In this document: positions 29,805 through 44,200 of the stretch, in pieces | Layout of the letters: each line of letters begins with the position of its first letter | Position numbering within the stretch: position 1 is the first letter of the stretch | NCBI RefSeq assembly: GCF_009914755.1 | Contig: NC_060930.1 | From: the human T2T-CHM13v2.0 reference genome, Homo sapiens | Strand: one strand, 5' to 3' | DNA: 64,000 bases | Notes under the pieces: model-generated | What the model was told of the DNA's origin: nothing | The model's database searches: none | The model's input: the letters and a program-made list of their open reading frames with translations, nothing else | Translations under genes and position numbers: made by a program

Positions 29805-32024
29805 TAGTTTTTTTGACAGTTACTATAAGTTCGAAAACTGAGCTAGTCCAATCTTCTCATTTTGTAAAAGAAAAAGAACATGAAATTGTAGAAATCTGAA
29901 CTGACTTCCCTCAAATCATACACAGCTATTAGAGACAGGGTTAGCCCTAAGACTCTAGGAGAGCATTGCTGTGTTTCAGGTGAGTTGAGGTTATTCAGTG
30001 GGGACCAGGGGAAGCGTGCAGTGCTGATGGCATTGGGAGTCTGCCTTGCACCACGTCCTGCAGTTTCACTGGTTAAATGCTTTTCTCCCTAACGTTATGC
30101 CAGATTGTGCGTATGGAGGCTCTGGGAAGTTCAAAGATATTGCTCATTTTTTCCTAGGAATATCAAGGTTTCTTTGATGTGTTCAACTGCTTTTACTTTG
30201 ACTCATCTCTGAATTTGAGGTAATGCTCATTCTTTTCCAAATATAACACTAGCCTTCATTGTCCATAAAAACTGATGAAACTTACATGGAGAGGGAGCCT
30301 CCTTAACATTAAAATAGTATGTCATGAACAATTAGGCAGTAGAAAGTGATCTGGAATTTAACCAGCTAGGAACCTACACATGCATATGAAAAGGAGACAA
30401 AACAGTTAATGTAAATTAAAGGAGACAGAAATTAAAGAAACACTTGGAAAAATATTAAATGGGAGTGTAATTGTGCTGAGATACTTCATAATGCTCAAGT
30501 GTGATTATTATTTATTGTCATGATGAGGGCTATGCAAGCTGTAATGGTAATTTCGACCAAAGTCAAACATGTAATTTAGTAATTCTGGGCGTGCCTATAG
30601 TTGTCTTTTGAGTTTGGGATAACAGCAACTTTTTTCACAGCTTTGAAATTGGTTCGGAGCCACAATATCATAAGGTTCAATGACTTCCACCCTGGTGACC
30701 CAGAGCCCAAGATGCTCGTGATACTACCAGAGATGTGTTCCAATGTTATTACTCCTAGCATATTTAATGAAATTAAATTTCTTATACTGCTGCAGTATTT
30801 TAAGAAAACACTTTCCACCGTTTGTCTGGTGATCTATCAGCTAAGAGACCACGCAACAAAAACCAAATTTTGTTACATAAAGAAAGCATGTGGTTCAGGG
30901 TCTACCCACACTAAGCTGCTAATTCTCAGTCATAATGCTTACAAATACCAAAATTCCTGACTCAACTACCAGTCAATTCAGCTGAATACCTACTCCCCTG
31001 CCCCAGTGAAGCAGTGGTTGAACTAATTTGGTCAAATCCATCATTCAATGTGGCTTCACATAATTTCAGCTTTAGGGCCTAAAAGTAACTCAAAAGCTGA
31101 AATTAAAATTCTATCTTTAGTAAACCTAGGTGTGGGGCCCCCATTACCTATTACCTCAGTGTCTGCCTCTATAAGGTGAGAACGTTAATTATACCCACGT
31201 TCTAGGAACGATGCTAGAAATTTCAATAAATGATGCACTTCCCATCACCGGGGCCTGGCAGGAAAGGGGACTCTCTCTGCCCCATGTTACGTTCTCCCCT
31301 TTGCTTGCTGATGAGCCCGGTGAGCCTGCATCCTCCCCACTTTCACCACCAAGCTCTGACTCAGGCTCTGCACATGGCTGAGGAGCACAGAGCAGAAGCT
31401 GGAGGGCCCCTAATGAATGTTAGTCACTGATGTGAACCCTGAGCTTTGAGCAGATGATTCTAAGGACCTTGGGGGATGGAGGAAATGGAAGGAGACAAAA
31501 AGCACATTTAAGAAGCAGGTGAAGGTCGTTTTCAGGACCATTCCAATCACCTCTCTGAGTCTCTCTAGTCCTTCTGGTACCTTTTCAACATCTCCCCGCA
31601 GCCCCAGAATAAGCATCCTACTGGACTGTGGACATTGTGTGGTCCTTCAGATCTTTCATCCCTCTTATTCCTTCTCACTGTCTCTTGGTCCCAGCAACAC
31701 TCCTCTGACAATGGGGAATAACAAGAATCACTGTCCGCTTTCTGCTTTGCGTCATGTTACATGCATGCTTTAGCTTACCTCCTGGACTATAAGCCACTTG
31801 AGGAGAGAAACTCTCACATCCACAATTTCTCAAACATATTTGTTGAATAAACAAAGGAGTGAATTATCTCATCTTCTACATCCATCCAGGCAAGAAGAAA
31901 AATAATATCTGCTGGGTAGCTACTGAGTATCAGACCCTGTGAATACTTCATCATCTAACACCCTTTAATAATCCAACAACATGACTTGGTTACTACTGTT
32001 TTACAGATGAAGAAATTGAGACTC

Positions 32025-32402
32025 ACACCTTTGCACTCTCTGTTCCCTCTGCCAGGAACATCATCTGTAGGTTGCATCCTTCTCACCAGGTCTCCACACA
32101 AAGTTTACCTCCTCAGAGATGTCTTTCCTGACCCCCCAATCTAAAAGAGCCTTCTAGTACCTATCCCATCACCCTGATTTATTTCTCACTTTCATCCCAT
32201 AAGAGGCATTTATCTTATCTGAAATTATTTTGTTCATTTATTTGTCCCCCTGCTAGCTAAGCCCCCCGTGGAGCAGGTACCTTATGGATCTTGCTAATTA
32301 CCATCTCCCCATGGCCAAAAGCTATATGTAAATATCTAAACGTAGTAGGTATTCAAACAAGATTTATTAAATAAAAGAATTAGAGAGTGAGTGAATGAAT
32401 GA
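32025..32402 (+). mobile_element. L2 3' fragment, preceded by a MIR at ~31900-32025
   Basis: tctctgttccctctgccaggaac...gtaggtattc...gagtgaatgaatga. Confidence 0.7.
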
Positions 32403-32506
32403 GCAGGGCAGGAGGGAAGAAGAGAATAAGGTGAGTCAGCCAGTAAGACCCAGGACAGAACTGAAACTGACGATGTCTGATTCCAAGCCTGTGCTCTTCC
32501 CACCTC

Positions 32507-32670
32507 TGCAGTGGCTCTGCTACCTGCTAACTACAAGAATTACTTGGGGTGTTGACTAAAATGTAGATTCCCAGACACCTCCCCTAGAGAGTCTAATTCC
32601 ATAGGACCCAAGCTCTGTATTCTATGAATATGAGTGATTCTTGTGTTCAGCTAAGTTTAGAGAACACTAA
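32507..32670. mobile_element. MER5-family hAT-Charlie MITE
   Basis: cagtgg...aaaatgtagattcccag...agtttagagaacact. Confidence 0.65.
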
Positions 32671-32799
32671 ACTATATTCCGCTGTGTTTCATTGTGTCAG
32701 CATGGCAAGGGGACTTGGAGGCAGGGGGCATTCTTCGAATTATGCCCTTAATGTAGCCACCTGTAAGACCAGCCCTGAGAGATTCAGTCCTCTTTCCCT

Positions 32800-34090
32800 A
32801 CTCATCTGTTAAGTGTTTACTGAACTTCTACTATTAGCCAGGCATTGGTCTAGGAGCTAGAAACTTATCAGCGCACAAAGAAGACAAACTGTCAACAAAT
32901 AGGAGATAAACACTAGGTGAATCTATGAGCTGTTTATAAGGGAAGAGCGGGAACAGTACTTAGATAACGTGGTCAGGGAAGGTATCACAGCAGGGGGGAA
33001 ATTTTGGCCTGAAGACTGGAAAAAAAAAACAAGCCAGCCAGGCAAATCGCCAGAGGGAATGCAAGCCAGGCAAACAGAACAGCAAGTGCATATTCCTGAG
33101 TGAGAAAGAAGCGGCCATGCTTAAGGAGAGAAGGTGGCCACATGGCAGAGTGCAAGACAGCATGAAATAGATGAGCTCACCAAAAGATCGTCAGGGACCA
33201 GACCAGCATGTGCCTGGTAAGCCACATCAAGGTGTGGAGCTTGGCCTTCACCCTACATGCAATGCAGGGACACTGAAGGCTGTTATCTAGTGAGGTTAAC
33301 ATGATGGAACTGATGTTTTAAAAGATCGTTTGGGCTACAGTATGAAGGAGAACCCAGAAGAGGGAGAAGGAGAATTGGAAGGTGCAAGATAGTGAAGAGG
33401 GCACTGTAGTAATCCACACCTGGAATGACGGTGGTGTATCAATTAGCGCTTGCTTCTTGACAAACTACTTCCAAAATGTACAGGCTTAAAGCACAATCAT
33501 ATTTTAGTTCATAATTCTGGGAGTCAACAATGTGGGCTGGGTTCAGCTGGGTGTGTCTTCCACTGATCTCAGCAGGGCTCACTCATCTATCTATAGTCAA
33601 CTGCCAGTCACCAAGCTGAGGAAGTGATGAGGGAGACTGAGCCTCATGTCTCTTATCATCTAAGTCAGTTCATATTGTGGTGGTTGCTGGGCTCCAAAAG
33701 CAGTGAGAGAGAACAAGTCCCCAAAACTAGCAATTGTCAAGTCTCTCCTTGTCATGCTAGCTATCAGCCCATTGGCCAAAGCAAGTCACATAGCCAAGCT
33801 CAGAGTCATCATAGGACAAAACTATTCTAGGGCTTGGAGACAGGGAGGCATGAAAAAATTGGAGGCTACTTCGGCAACCTTCCTCATGTGATCTGGACCA
33901 CGATGGTGGAAGTAGAAACGGGTAAGTGGATGCATTTTTAAAACTATATTTAGAAAGTGGAGCCAACAGAACTGGGTAATTTATGGTGAGGAATGAGGGA
34001 TAGAGAAAGGACAATGGATGATTTCTAGGCTTCAGGCTTGAGCAGCTAGGTAAAGTTGACGACACTTGTTCACAAGTGGAAGATAGAGAA
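32800..34090 (-). mobile_element. L2 fragment interrupted by an MLT1F-H-like LTR (~33436-33885)
   Basis: gtttactgaacttctactattagccaggca; LTR ggcttaaagcac...tgggctgggttcagctgg...ggccaaagcaagtcaca. Confidence 0.7.
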
Positions 34091-34136
34091 AGCAACAACA
34101 TTTATCCTTTCCCAAATCGATCTCCACATCTGTGTA

Positions 34137-35590
34137 CAATGGTTCTCAAAATTTTTGGTTTCAAGACCCTTTCAAACTCTTAAAAAATTACTGAGGACTT
34201 CAGAGAGCTTTTTGTTCATGTGGATTATTTCCACTGATATTTCACGTATTAGAAATTTAAGTGAATAAATCTGAAAATACTTTTACTTCATTTTTTAAAA
34301 ACAATAATCTATTGCAGATTGCCATAAATAACGTAATCTTATAAAAATAGCTATTTTCTAGAACAGAAAATAGTGATAAGAATTTCATTGTGTAACAATT
34401 TTTCAGATCTCTTTAATATCTGCTTAGAATGCAGCTGAATTCTCATTTCTGTTTCTGCATTTGATCTGTTGAGATATCCGTTTTCATGGATGCACATGAA
34501 TAAAATACAATTTGACACAGATGTGTAATTGGGAAAGGGCAGAATATTTTAGCCTTTTCAGATAATTGTGAATGTTCTTCGATACTATGCCAAAAGTCAA
34601 CAAGTGGCGGTTTTATAAGGTTAGTAGTGATATGGAATCTGAAGCTATGTTGATAAATTTTTTCCTACTTAAAGTCCATCTGTCTATTCTGTACTTTGAA
34701 TGGATCTTTTACTCATGCATATTTTGAAAATATCTGTTCATTAATTTATACAAATATTTTTATTGTTGACATACATTACATATGTACATAACTGTTGACA
34801 TACATACATAATTGTGGACATTACATAATATCAAAAAAACCAATGTGCATTAATACCACCACCAACCTCACCAAAAAAGCCTTTAAGCATTGAGAACCTG
34901 TCAAGCTTGTAGTGGCAGACACAAGTTTTCCAAAATTCTAATTTTCACTTGAAAGCTCAGATTTTATCATTGGCAACAAATACTGTCAGTTGTTTTACTA
35001 GAAGTGACAGGCTCCCTTCATTCGTTTTTAAAAGAAAATGTCTGCCAATACCCAAGCCTGAATAACCAGTTTGTCTGTCAGACATTTTCAAGTAAAAAAT
35101 AGTGTTTCATGAAAAAAGCAACTAGTTCAGCTCACAACTCAATCACACAGTGCTTTGCATCCAGGCAGCCACTGTACCGCATGGTGTGGCAGAAATGTTT
35201 TATGCGCACTTCCCACTTTTTTGCACATAATATTAAAAATATGTGTACTCAAGGTCTAAAGTTTAATAAAATTAATCATTTCACTGCTTTATCAGGGACA
35301 TACTTAAGTGAAGCTGGCATTGTCTTTTTTAAAATTTTTTTACTGTGGGTGCTCGGTGGTGTGAATACCATGCATACTCCCACAGCTTGAGGCCACTTCC
35401 CCAATTCATACAAAGGCTCCTGCAGTTCTGTCCTATCACTGCTTTTGCGCCATCAGTAGAAATGTCAAAAAAATGAAAAGGGCAAATGACATCTAATGTT
35501 ATTATGAAAACAGTTTTGCCCCCAGACCCCTCCCCCTTAAGTGGTCTTGGAGACCTCCAAGGGTCTATGGATCACACTTTGAGGACAAAC
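34137..35590. mobile_element. Charlie1a-like hAT DNA transposon, near full length (~1.45 kb), non-coding
   Basis: TIR-like caatggttctcaaa ... cacactttgaggac; ctcttaaaaaattactgaggac. Confidence 0.85.
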
Positions 35591-35618
35591 CCACCCAGTG
35601 CAAATCTAGATGGATGAG

Positions 35619-35624
<6 letters not shown>

Positions 35625-35668
<44 letters not shown>
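35625..35668. repeat. (AT)22 microsatellite
   Basis: Read directly from the sequence. Confidence 0.95.
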
Positions 35669-35675
<7 letters not shown>

Positions 35676-36089
35676 ATGAATTTTATAGACAGGTTTTGCT
35701 TTCCCCCAACCTTCCCACCATGAATGCATAAGAGGAAGTATCAGCGTCAAGAGTGTTTATTTGACAAGTACTGGACACATATCAATCTAAGCAATGTGTG
35801 TGTATAAAAACAGTCAAAGGCATAGTAGAGGTGACAAGATAAGACATGGCAGATAAAACAACCAGGGGACAGCTACGGATTGAGCAATGCAGGCTGGGGC
35901 ACAAGACTGGAGAGAGCAGAGGGATACGGAATGTAAGAAGGATCAGAATGGGATGTCGTTAGGTAAGAAAGCTTCTTGGAAGCCAAATTTTGAAGGGCAA
36001 AGGGGACAAAGATTAAACAAAGAAGAGAAAGACCTTTCATATAAAACTTACTGTGTAAGCAAAGGCGGAGCCTGACATAGAAGAGAGGA

Positions 36090-36350
36090 GAATGGTTGGT
36101 GGTTAAGAAACACCAGCTCTGGAGAGCCAGTGACCTAAACTTGAATTCAGATTCTGCCACCTTTTGATGTGTAGTCTTGTGACTTTGGGTAAGTAATATA
36201 AACACTCTATGCCTCAGTTGCCCCAGATGTAAAATGAGTGACATGACAGTACTGACTCCATGGGATGACCATGAGGACTAATGTGATCATGAAGGTAAAA
36301 TACCTTGCAGGCCACCTCACCACATGGCAGGCTTTCCATAGATGTTTGCT
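36090..36350 (+). mobile_element. MIR within L2 remnants
   Basis: gtgactttgggtaagt...ctctatgcctcagttg...tgtaaaatg MIR core. Confidence 0.75.
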
Positions 36351-37788
36351 GGCAGCAGAAGTTACAATAGAGAGTGGAAGAGAAGGAAGGAAATTAAAGC
36401 AGGCAAGACACGGGAAGGGACAGTGAAGTCAAACAGCTGAGTTGGAGTGGAAAGGGCCCAGAGTATTGAGAGATGATGCTGGAGAAGGGGAAGTGGAGGA
36501 AAAGTTTAGGGAGCACTTGGAGTGCCTGGCTGAGAGGCTGGGTTAAGCATATTAAACAGAAAGAAGTCACTCAGAGATTGGGCCAGGAGAGTAAAGGGAT
36601 TTTTCAAAAAACACAGTATTTGAGGAAAATTTACACTGACCCAGTGTACCCTAGGGGGAACAAGCAGGGCTCAGAGACAAGACACCCTGTATGGAGGCTT
36701 TGGATGAAGGTGCATCAAAGGTGAAGGCTTTCAGATGGAAGTTTCAAACAAAACAGATTTCACAAGAAGGAAAATGAGATTAAGAGCACAGATGCAATGG
36801 CCCTAGTTGTATGGTGTGGTTTGGTCTGTATTTGGCCAGGATCACCCGTCCTCTTCTGTTAACCCTTTCTCTCTAAATGGATCAATTAAACTTCAATATC
36901 AAATCCAAGGGAAACACAAGTGGAACTGTTTCCTCATTTGGCGTTGAAGGTTAAAATGCATGCACACACACAAAACACCAGTTGTTTCAGCTACTTAAAA
37001 TTCTTCAAAGCTTTCTATTACTGTTAAGATAAATTCAGTCCTCTCACAAAGAAAACACAACACTTTTTGTAGCCTCTGACTGCTTGCTGGCTCCATGGCT
37101 CGAGATTTCCCAAATATACCCACTTTTTCAGGAGCCTGGAAATCAATTCCAACTAGCTCAAGAAACTAAGTGTATGTATGTGGGCAGGCTGGGTCGGGGA
37201 GACAGACAGAGGAGGGGAGTGAATATATTGGTGCGTTGAACTGATAACCTAGGAAGTTACCCTCTAGCCATCTCAAGATAACTGCAGTTTTCTAAACACA
37301 GGGCTCTCTTTCACCCCTAGGACTGAGGCTGGAAGGTGTGGACACATGCTCCTTCCCAGGAATCCCAACAAGTCTTGTTCCTGTTCACCACCCACCTCTA
37401 CGCTCTTCCAGGAGCCACTTCCTGGTACCAGCCCGGCCTAGCCCCACCCCCACCACCGAAGTACATTTCTTCTTTCCCTTCTCCTATAGCAACTTTTGCT
37501 GGGACTTTGTCCTCCAAGAATGGGCCCCAGCATTGCTTGTAAGCATGCTAGGGCTATGGAAGCTTAAGCATGACTCCAGACCTCCTAACTTGGAATTTGC
37601 ACTTTAAGGAGATCACATAAGACACAGTATATTAGCGACTTGAGGCAATTCATATATGACAATCACTTATTTGCACACAAGTCTCCTTGAGGACAGGCAT
37701 TTTTTACTTTTAGCTAAATTTCTTGAAGAGGGCCTGCAACATACCAGATGTTCAATAATTGCTTGCTGGATAGGTGACAGAATAATGA

Positions 37789-38150
<362 letters not shown>

Positions 38151-38395
38151 ATATTTAGGAATGATTTCTAAACAAGGATTAAAATAGTTATCCAGTAGAG
38201 GATTCATTCAATTTCATCAGTAGCAGAAACACTAAAACATATAGATGATACATTCATTTTAATGTGCTTATTTCTAAATGCCTACTTATGTATATAAGCC
38301 ACAGCTCCTCCTTTCCTGAGAACTCCTGTTTGATTTTAGAGAAATCAAAATATTCCAATAGTCAGAAAACGCATGTATACACTCTAAGAATAAAA

Positions 38396-38398
<3 letters not shown>

Positions 38399-38486
<88 letters not shown>
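38399..38486. repeat. Compound (TC)17(TA)27 microsatellite
   Basis: Read directly from the sequence. Confidence 0.95.
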
Positions 38487-38490
<4 letters not shown>

Positions 38491-40119
38491 GGCCTTAAAT
38501 GTTGACCAATGAATCTTTATGACAATTATTGACTTGTAAAGCTCCTCCTAGATTAACGTACAATCAAATCTGTGCTTCTAAATTTTTTTCAATGTTTTTA
38601 TTTGGTTCCCACACCCCCCATTTTATCTTTTCAACAAACAAAGGTAGTGGTAAGAGCAGTTTGTCATTTTTAAGGCGTGGGGATTAAACTCTAACTAATT
38701 AGAAGATTTGCCCATTATTTAAATGAAACTTGTTTGCAGTTTCGCCATCCATGTGGATCCAGAAAGGCAGCCGACTGGCCCATCAATTTGGTTAGAAAAG
38801 AAAAAATGATAAGGCAACTGACAGTGTTCTCTCGTGGGAGACTCTGGCCGTACTGTTTCTCCAGTATTAATTATCCACGTAAACATACTTCACTAGGCTG
38901 CACAATCATCTGGCCTGCTCTGAGCTCCCCAGTCAGCAGCCTCCTGGTCTTCCTTTTCCTACATTTGCATCCTCGATGTCAGCAAGTGCTGTGCGCTGAT
39001 GTGTTCACTGTCAACAACACACGGGGAAATCTCGCTCTGGGCAGCCAAGAGTTATCTTGGCTTCAGGCTGCCTCTGAAAGCGAGGTTAGCCTTCAGCCAC
39101 ATGTAGGAAAGACTCATTTGCAGTCCTGGCACCCCTTCCTGGTTAGGATTTTAAAAGACGCTGCCAGCACACTTTGTGCATGAACTTTGAGAGATGTGCA
39201 AGGAAGTGTTATTGGCGGGGCATTCAGGAACTCAAACTACTGGTGCCACAGAACTGATGGGAAGAGAGAGGCAGGGAGGAGGAAGAGGAGGAGAGAGGGA
39301 GAGACTCGACTGGGCAACCCCCACCTCATTCGGTGAAGGAATTTTAAACCGTTGGCATTAAAGATTCCACCTCTCTTTCTATGAGCTCTTCAAATGGTGA
39401 AGGAAGAGTGGATTCCCGTGACAGGAAAGGCAGGGCTGGCTTTGGACCCAGATAACAGAGTGAAGCAAAGAACACACAGTGAAGTCAGGGCACATGGGAC
39501 CTGGAAAAGTTCAGATGAGGCTCAAAGCCAGAAGGGTTCCGTACTATGGATGTTAAGGGGATTTTTCTTTCTTCCCCTTCAGACAGATTCATGCATTCTC
39601 AATTACAACTTGAGCTCTATGTGAGACCCAATTCAAGAACCCCAGTAGGAGTTTCTCTACCATTAGATAATATACTAGAACCGCTTTTATTTTAAAAAAC
39701 AAAAACAAAAACAAAACCAAAAAAAAACACCTAAACCAAAGTCATTCCCTGGACATTTTGCATCATCACCCTCTAGATAGATAGAGCATGGAGCTCTACC
39801 CTTCTGAGAGGCAGCCCAGGCCTCCTGCTGCCCTACACCTTACTCCTCACAACTGGCTGCACACTGGCACTCCCCCTCCACTGGCATCCCACTCATGCCA
39901 CAGGACTCAGCATGGACAGTGCCTCCTTCCCTAAGAGTAGACTGTGTCCCTGCAGCCCCCCTCCTGGGGCTTTCCCAGCATGCTGAGCCCTCTCCCGTTC
40001 AGGCAGTTACTCCTAGACCCTGTGGTGCCCTTCTGAAAGGTTGCTCTTCACCACTGCATCCCAGCACAAAGCACAGTGCAGTAATCGTTGTCACCTCCCA
40101 AAAGCCACCTATGATGACT

Positions 40120-40491
40120 AAAGTCGTCCATTCTCACACTGCTATAAAGACCTTCCTGAGACTGGGTAATTGATAAAGGTAAGAGGTTTCATTGACTCAC
40201 AGTTCCACATGGCTCGGGAAGCCTCAGGAAACTTACAATCATGGCAGAAGGTGAAGGGGAAACAAGGACTTTCTTCACAAGGCAGCAGGAGGGAGAAGAG
40301 GGAGCAAGACAGGAACTACCAGACGCTTATAAAACCACCAGATCTCATGAGCACTTACTCACTATCATGAGAACAGCATGGGGGAGCCACCCGCCATGAT
40401 CCACTCACCTCCCACCAGGTCCCTCCCTCAATGCCTGGGGATTACAATTCGAGATGAGATTTGGGTGGGGACACAAAGCATAACCATATCA
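40120..40491 (-). mobile_element. THE1D/MSTA-like MaLR LTR
   Basis: gtccattctcacactgctataaag...gatgagatttgggtggggacacaaagcataaccatatca. Confidence 0.88.
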
Positions 40492-41169
40492 AACACACAT
40501 GAAAGAACAGAGGCAGTGGAGTCAACAGACATGGTCGGTCTCTTCTCTCTCTCTCTCTCTCTTCCAGGTTTTCTTATTTAGTGGAAGGGAGAGTAACGTT
40601 GAGACAAGCAGCAGTTCCTATCTTGGTGTCCCTCCTTTGCCCTCTTCCTTTCCCCTGACAGCCCAGCTGAGGAGAGGAGGAGTTCTTTTGCCAAAGGAAA
40701 ATTCTGCAGCCCTGTCTCCCATCCCCAGCCCAGTCAGGATGTCCCCTTCCCTGCTCCTGCCTTCCTTCGTGTCACACCTGCATGTCCCTGTGGCACGGGA
40801 GAGGCCCCAACCTCAGAGGGAAGGCCTCTGGAGCATCAGAGAATACTTCCAAAAGCCCTCCCTGCTTTCAGCATCGAGGCTACTAAGGCACCACAGCCAA
40901 ATGTCTGCACCTCTGCTCTCTGTTCAATGTGTTTCAGCTTCTGTATTTGCCAGCTTTTCCCTTTTAATCTCCAGAAGAGTGTGCTTTCTTGCCCAATCTC
41001 CAATTTTCAGAATATTCACCCCAAAATAAGGTATCACTGCCTGGTACACTTAAAGTTTGTTGGTTTCTTGTACTTCTTTTTGGTGCTTCACCATTACACA
41101 GTCAGAGTCTTCTCCAACATGATCTACCACGTAGCCCTAAAAAACCTTCTGGTTTTACATATACTTCAC

Positions 41170-41245
41170 ACTACTGTATTGTACACTTAAAAATGGTTGA
41201 GATGGTATATTTTATATTTTGTGGGTTTTACCACAATAATTTTTT
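41170..41245 (+). mobile_element. L1MB-like extreme 3' fragment
   Basis: gtacacttaaaaatggttgagatggta...ttttaccacaat. Confidence 0.65.
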
Positions 41246-44200
41246 AAATTAAACATTTTTAAAATCTAAATTTTTAAATTAAACATTTAAAAAATTTAAA
41301 GTCTTTATTTTTTAGAGCAATTTTAGGTTCACACAAAATTGAGCAGAAGGTACAGAAATTCATATATATTCCCTGTCCCCATATACACACACAGTCTCCC
41401 CTATTATCAAATATCTCCTGCTAGAATGATACATTTGATACAATGAATGAACCTACATTAATACATTATTCTCATCCAAAGCCTATAACTTACATTAGGG
41501 CTCACTCTTGGCGCTATACATTCTATGAGTTTTGTCGAACATAGAGTGACATGTACCCAACATTGCAGTATCATACAGGATGGTTTCACTGCCCTAAAAA
41601 TCCTCTGTGCTCTGCCTATTCATCTGTCCCTCTCCCCTAACTAACCCCTGTAAACGACTTATCTTTTTCCTGTCTTCATTCTTTTTGCCTTTCCTAGATT
41701 GTCACATAGTTAGAATCACACAATGTGTAGTCTTTTCAGATTAGCTTCTTTTCACTTAGGAACATGCATTTAAGTTTCCTACATGTCTTTTCATGGCTTG
41801 ATAGCACATTTCCTTTTAGCACTAGATAATATTCCATTGTCTGCATATACCACAGTTTATCTACCCATTCACCTACTGAAGGACATCTTGGGTTGTTTTC
41901 AAGTTTTGGCAGTTACAAAAAGAGCTGCTATAGTCATCTGTGTGTAGGTTTTTGGGTGGCTATCACTTTTCAACTAATTTGGGTAAATACCAAGAAGCAC
42001 AATTGCTAGATCATATGGTAAGACCATGTTTAGTTTTGTAGAAAACCACCAAAGTGTCCTCCCAGGTGGCTGTACCATTTTGCATTCCCTCCAGCAATGA
42101 ATGAGGATTCCTTTTGTTCCACACCCTTGCCAGTATTTGGTGTTGTCAGTGTTCTGGATTTTGGCCATTTTAATCAGTGTGCAGTGGTTTCTCACTGTTT
42201 TAATTCGAAATTCTCTAATGACATATGATGTCGAGCATCTTTTCATATGCTTATTTTCCATCTGTATATCTTCTTTGGTGAGGTGTCTGTTCAAGTATTT
42301 GACTCATTTTTCAGTCAGGTTGTTTGTTTTCCCATTGCTGAGTTTTAGAGTTCTCTGTATGTTTTGGATAACACTCCTTTATCAGACATGTCTTTTGCAA
42401 ATATTTTCTCCCAGTCTGTGGTTTGTCTGAGCCTTTTCACAGTAAATTTTACAGAGCACAAATTTTTAATGAAGTCAAACCTATCAGTGATTTCTCTCAG
42501 AGATCCTGCCTTTGGTGTGGCATCTAAAAAGTCATTGCCATATGCAAGGTCACCTCGATTTTCTCCTATGTTACTTTATAGGAGTTTCATAGTTTTGCAT
42601 TTCATGTTTAGGTTTATGATCCACTTGGGTTAACTTTTGCGATGAGAGTGAGGTCTATGTTTGTGTCTAGATACTTTCCCTTTTTTTGCATGTGGATGTC
42701 TAGGTTGTTTCAACACCATTAGTTTAAAAGATTATCTCGCTCCATTCTGTTGCCTTTGCTTCCAAAGATCAGTTGACTACATTTATGTCTATTTCTAGGC
42801 TTTCTAGTCTGTTTCATTAATGCATCTGTCTATTCTTTTACCAATACTACACTGTCTTTTCAAAAATGTTTTCATTGATACATAATAGATGTACATATTT
42901 TCAAGGTACATGTAATAATAACATCATAATTTGTAAATAGTCGATAAATGTAACTGGAATATCCACCACCTTAAATATTTATCTTGCTTTAAGCTAGAAA
43001 CATTCAAATTACTCTTTCCTACCTGTTCTGAAATATACAATAGATCACTGTAAACTAGAGTCACCCGACTGATCTTGCTAACACTAGGCCTTATTTCTTC
43101 TATCAAACTGTATATTTGTAACCATTCATCAACCTCTCTTCATACTCCCCATGTCCCTACCCTTCCGAGCCTCTGGTAGCCACCAAATTACTCTCTCTTT
43201 ATGAAGTCCACTTCTTAGCTCCTGCGTATGAGTGAGAACATGTGATAGCTGTCTTTCTGTGCTTGGCTTATTTCATTTAACATAATGACCTACAGTTCCA
43301 TCCATGCTGCTGCAAATAAGATTTCATTCTTTTTTATGGGTGAATAACATTCCATTGTATATATATGCCACATAATATTTATCCATTCACCCATTGATGG
43401 GTACTTAGGTTGATTCCATACCTTAGCTACTGTGAATAGTGCTGTAATGAACATGGGAGTACAGATATCTCTTCAATATATTGATTTCTTTTGAGTATAT
43501 AACTCAGTAGTGGAATTGCTGGATTATATAGTAGTTCTCTTTTTAGTTTTCTGAGGAAACTCTATACAGTTTTACATAGTGGCTATCCTAACTTACATTC
43601 TCACCAACACTGTACAAGGGTTCCCCTTTCTCCATATCTTCACCAGAATTCATCATTCCCTGTCACTTTCATAAAAGTCATTTTAACTAGGGTGAAGTGA
43701 TATCTCATTGTGGTTTTGTTTTGCATTTCTCTGATGATTAGTGATGTTGAGCGCTTCTTTTATATTCCTGTTGGCCATTCATATATCTTCTTTTGAGAAA
43801 TGTTTCTTCAGATCTTTTGCCCATTTTTTAACTAGTTTATTTGGGTTTTTTGCTAGTGAGCGGTTTGAGCTCCTTATATATTCTGGTTATTAATCACTTG
43901 TCAGATGGATAGTTTGCAGATATTTTTCCCCCATTCTTTGGGTTGCTATCTCACTTTCTTGTTTGTTTTCTTTGCTGTGCAGAAGCTTTTTATCTTGATG
44001 TAATCCCATTTGTCTATTTTTGCTTTGATTGCCAGTGCTTCTGAGGTCTCACACAAAACATCCTTGCCCAGGCCAATGTCCTGGAGTGTTTCCCCAACAT
44101 TTTCTTTCAGTAGTTTCATAGTTTCAGGTCTTAAATTTTTTCCTAATTTTTATATATGCTGAAAGATAGGGGTCTAATTTCATTCTTCTGCACATGGTTA

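Noticed and set aside
40499-41029. 176-aa ORF
   Set aside because: Ser/Pro/Leu-rich product of pyrimidine-rich DNA including a CT repeat; no homology recognised
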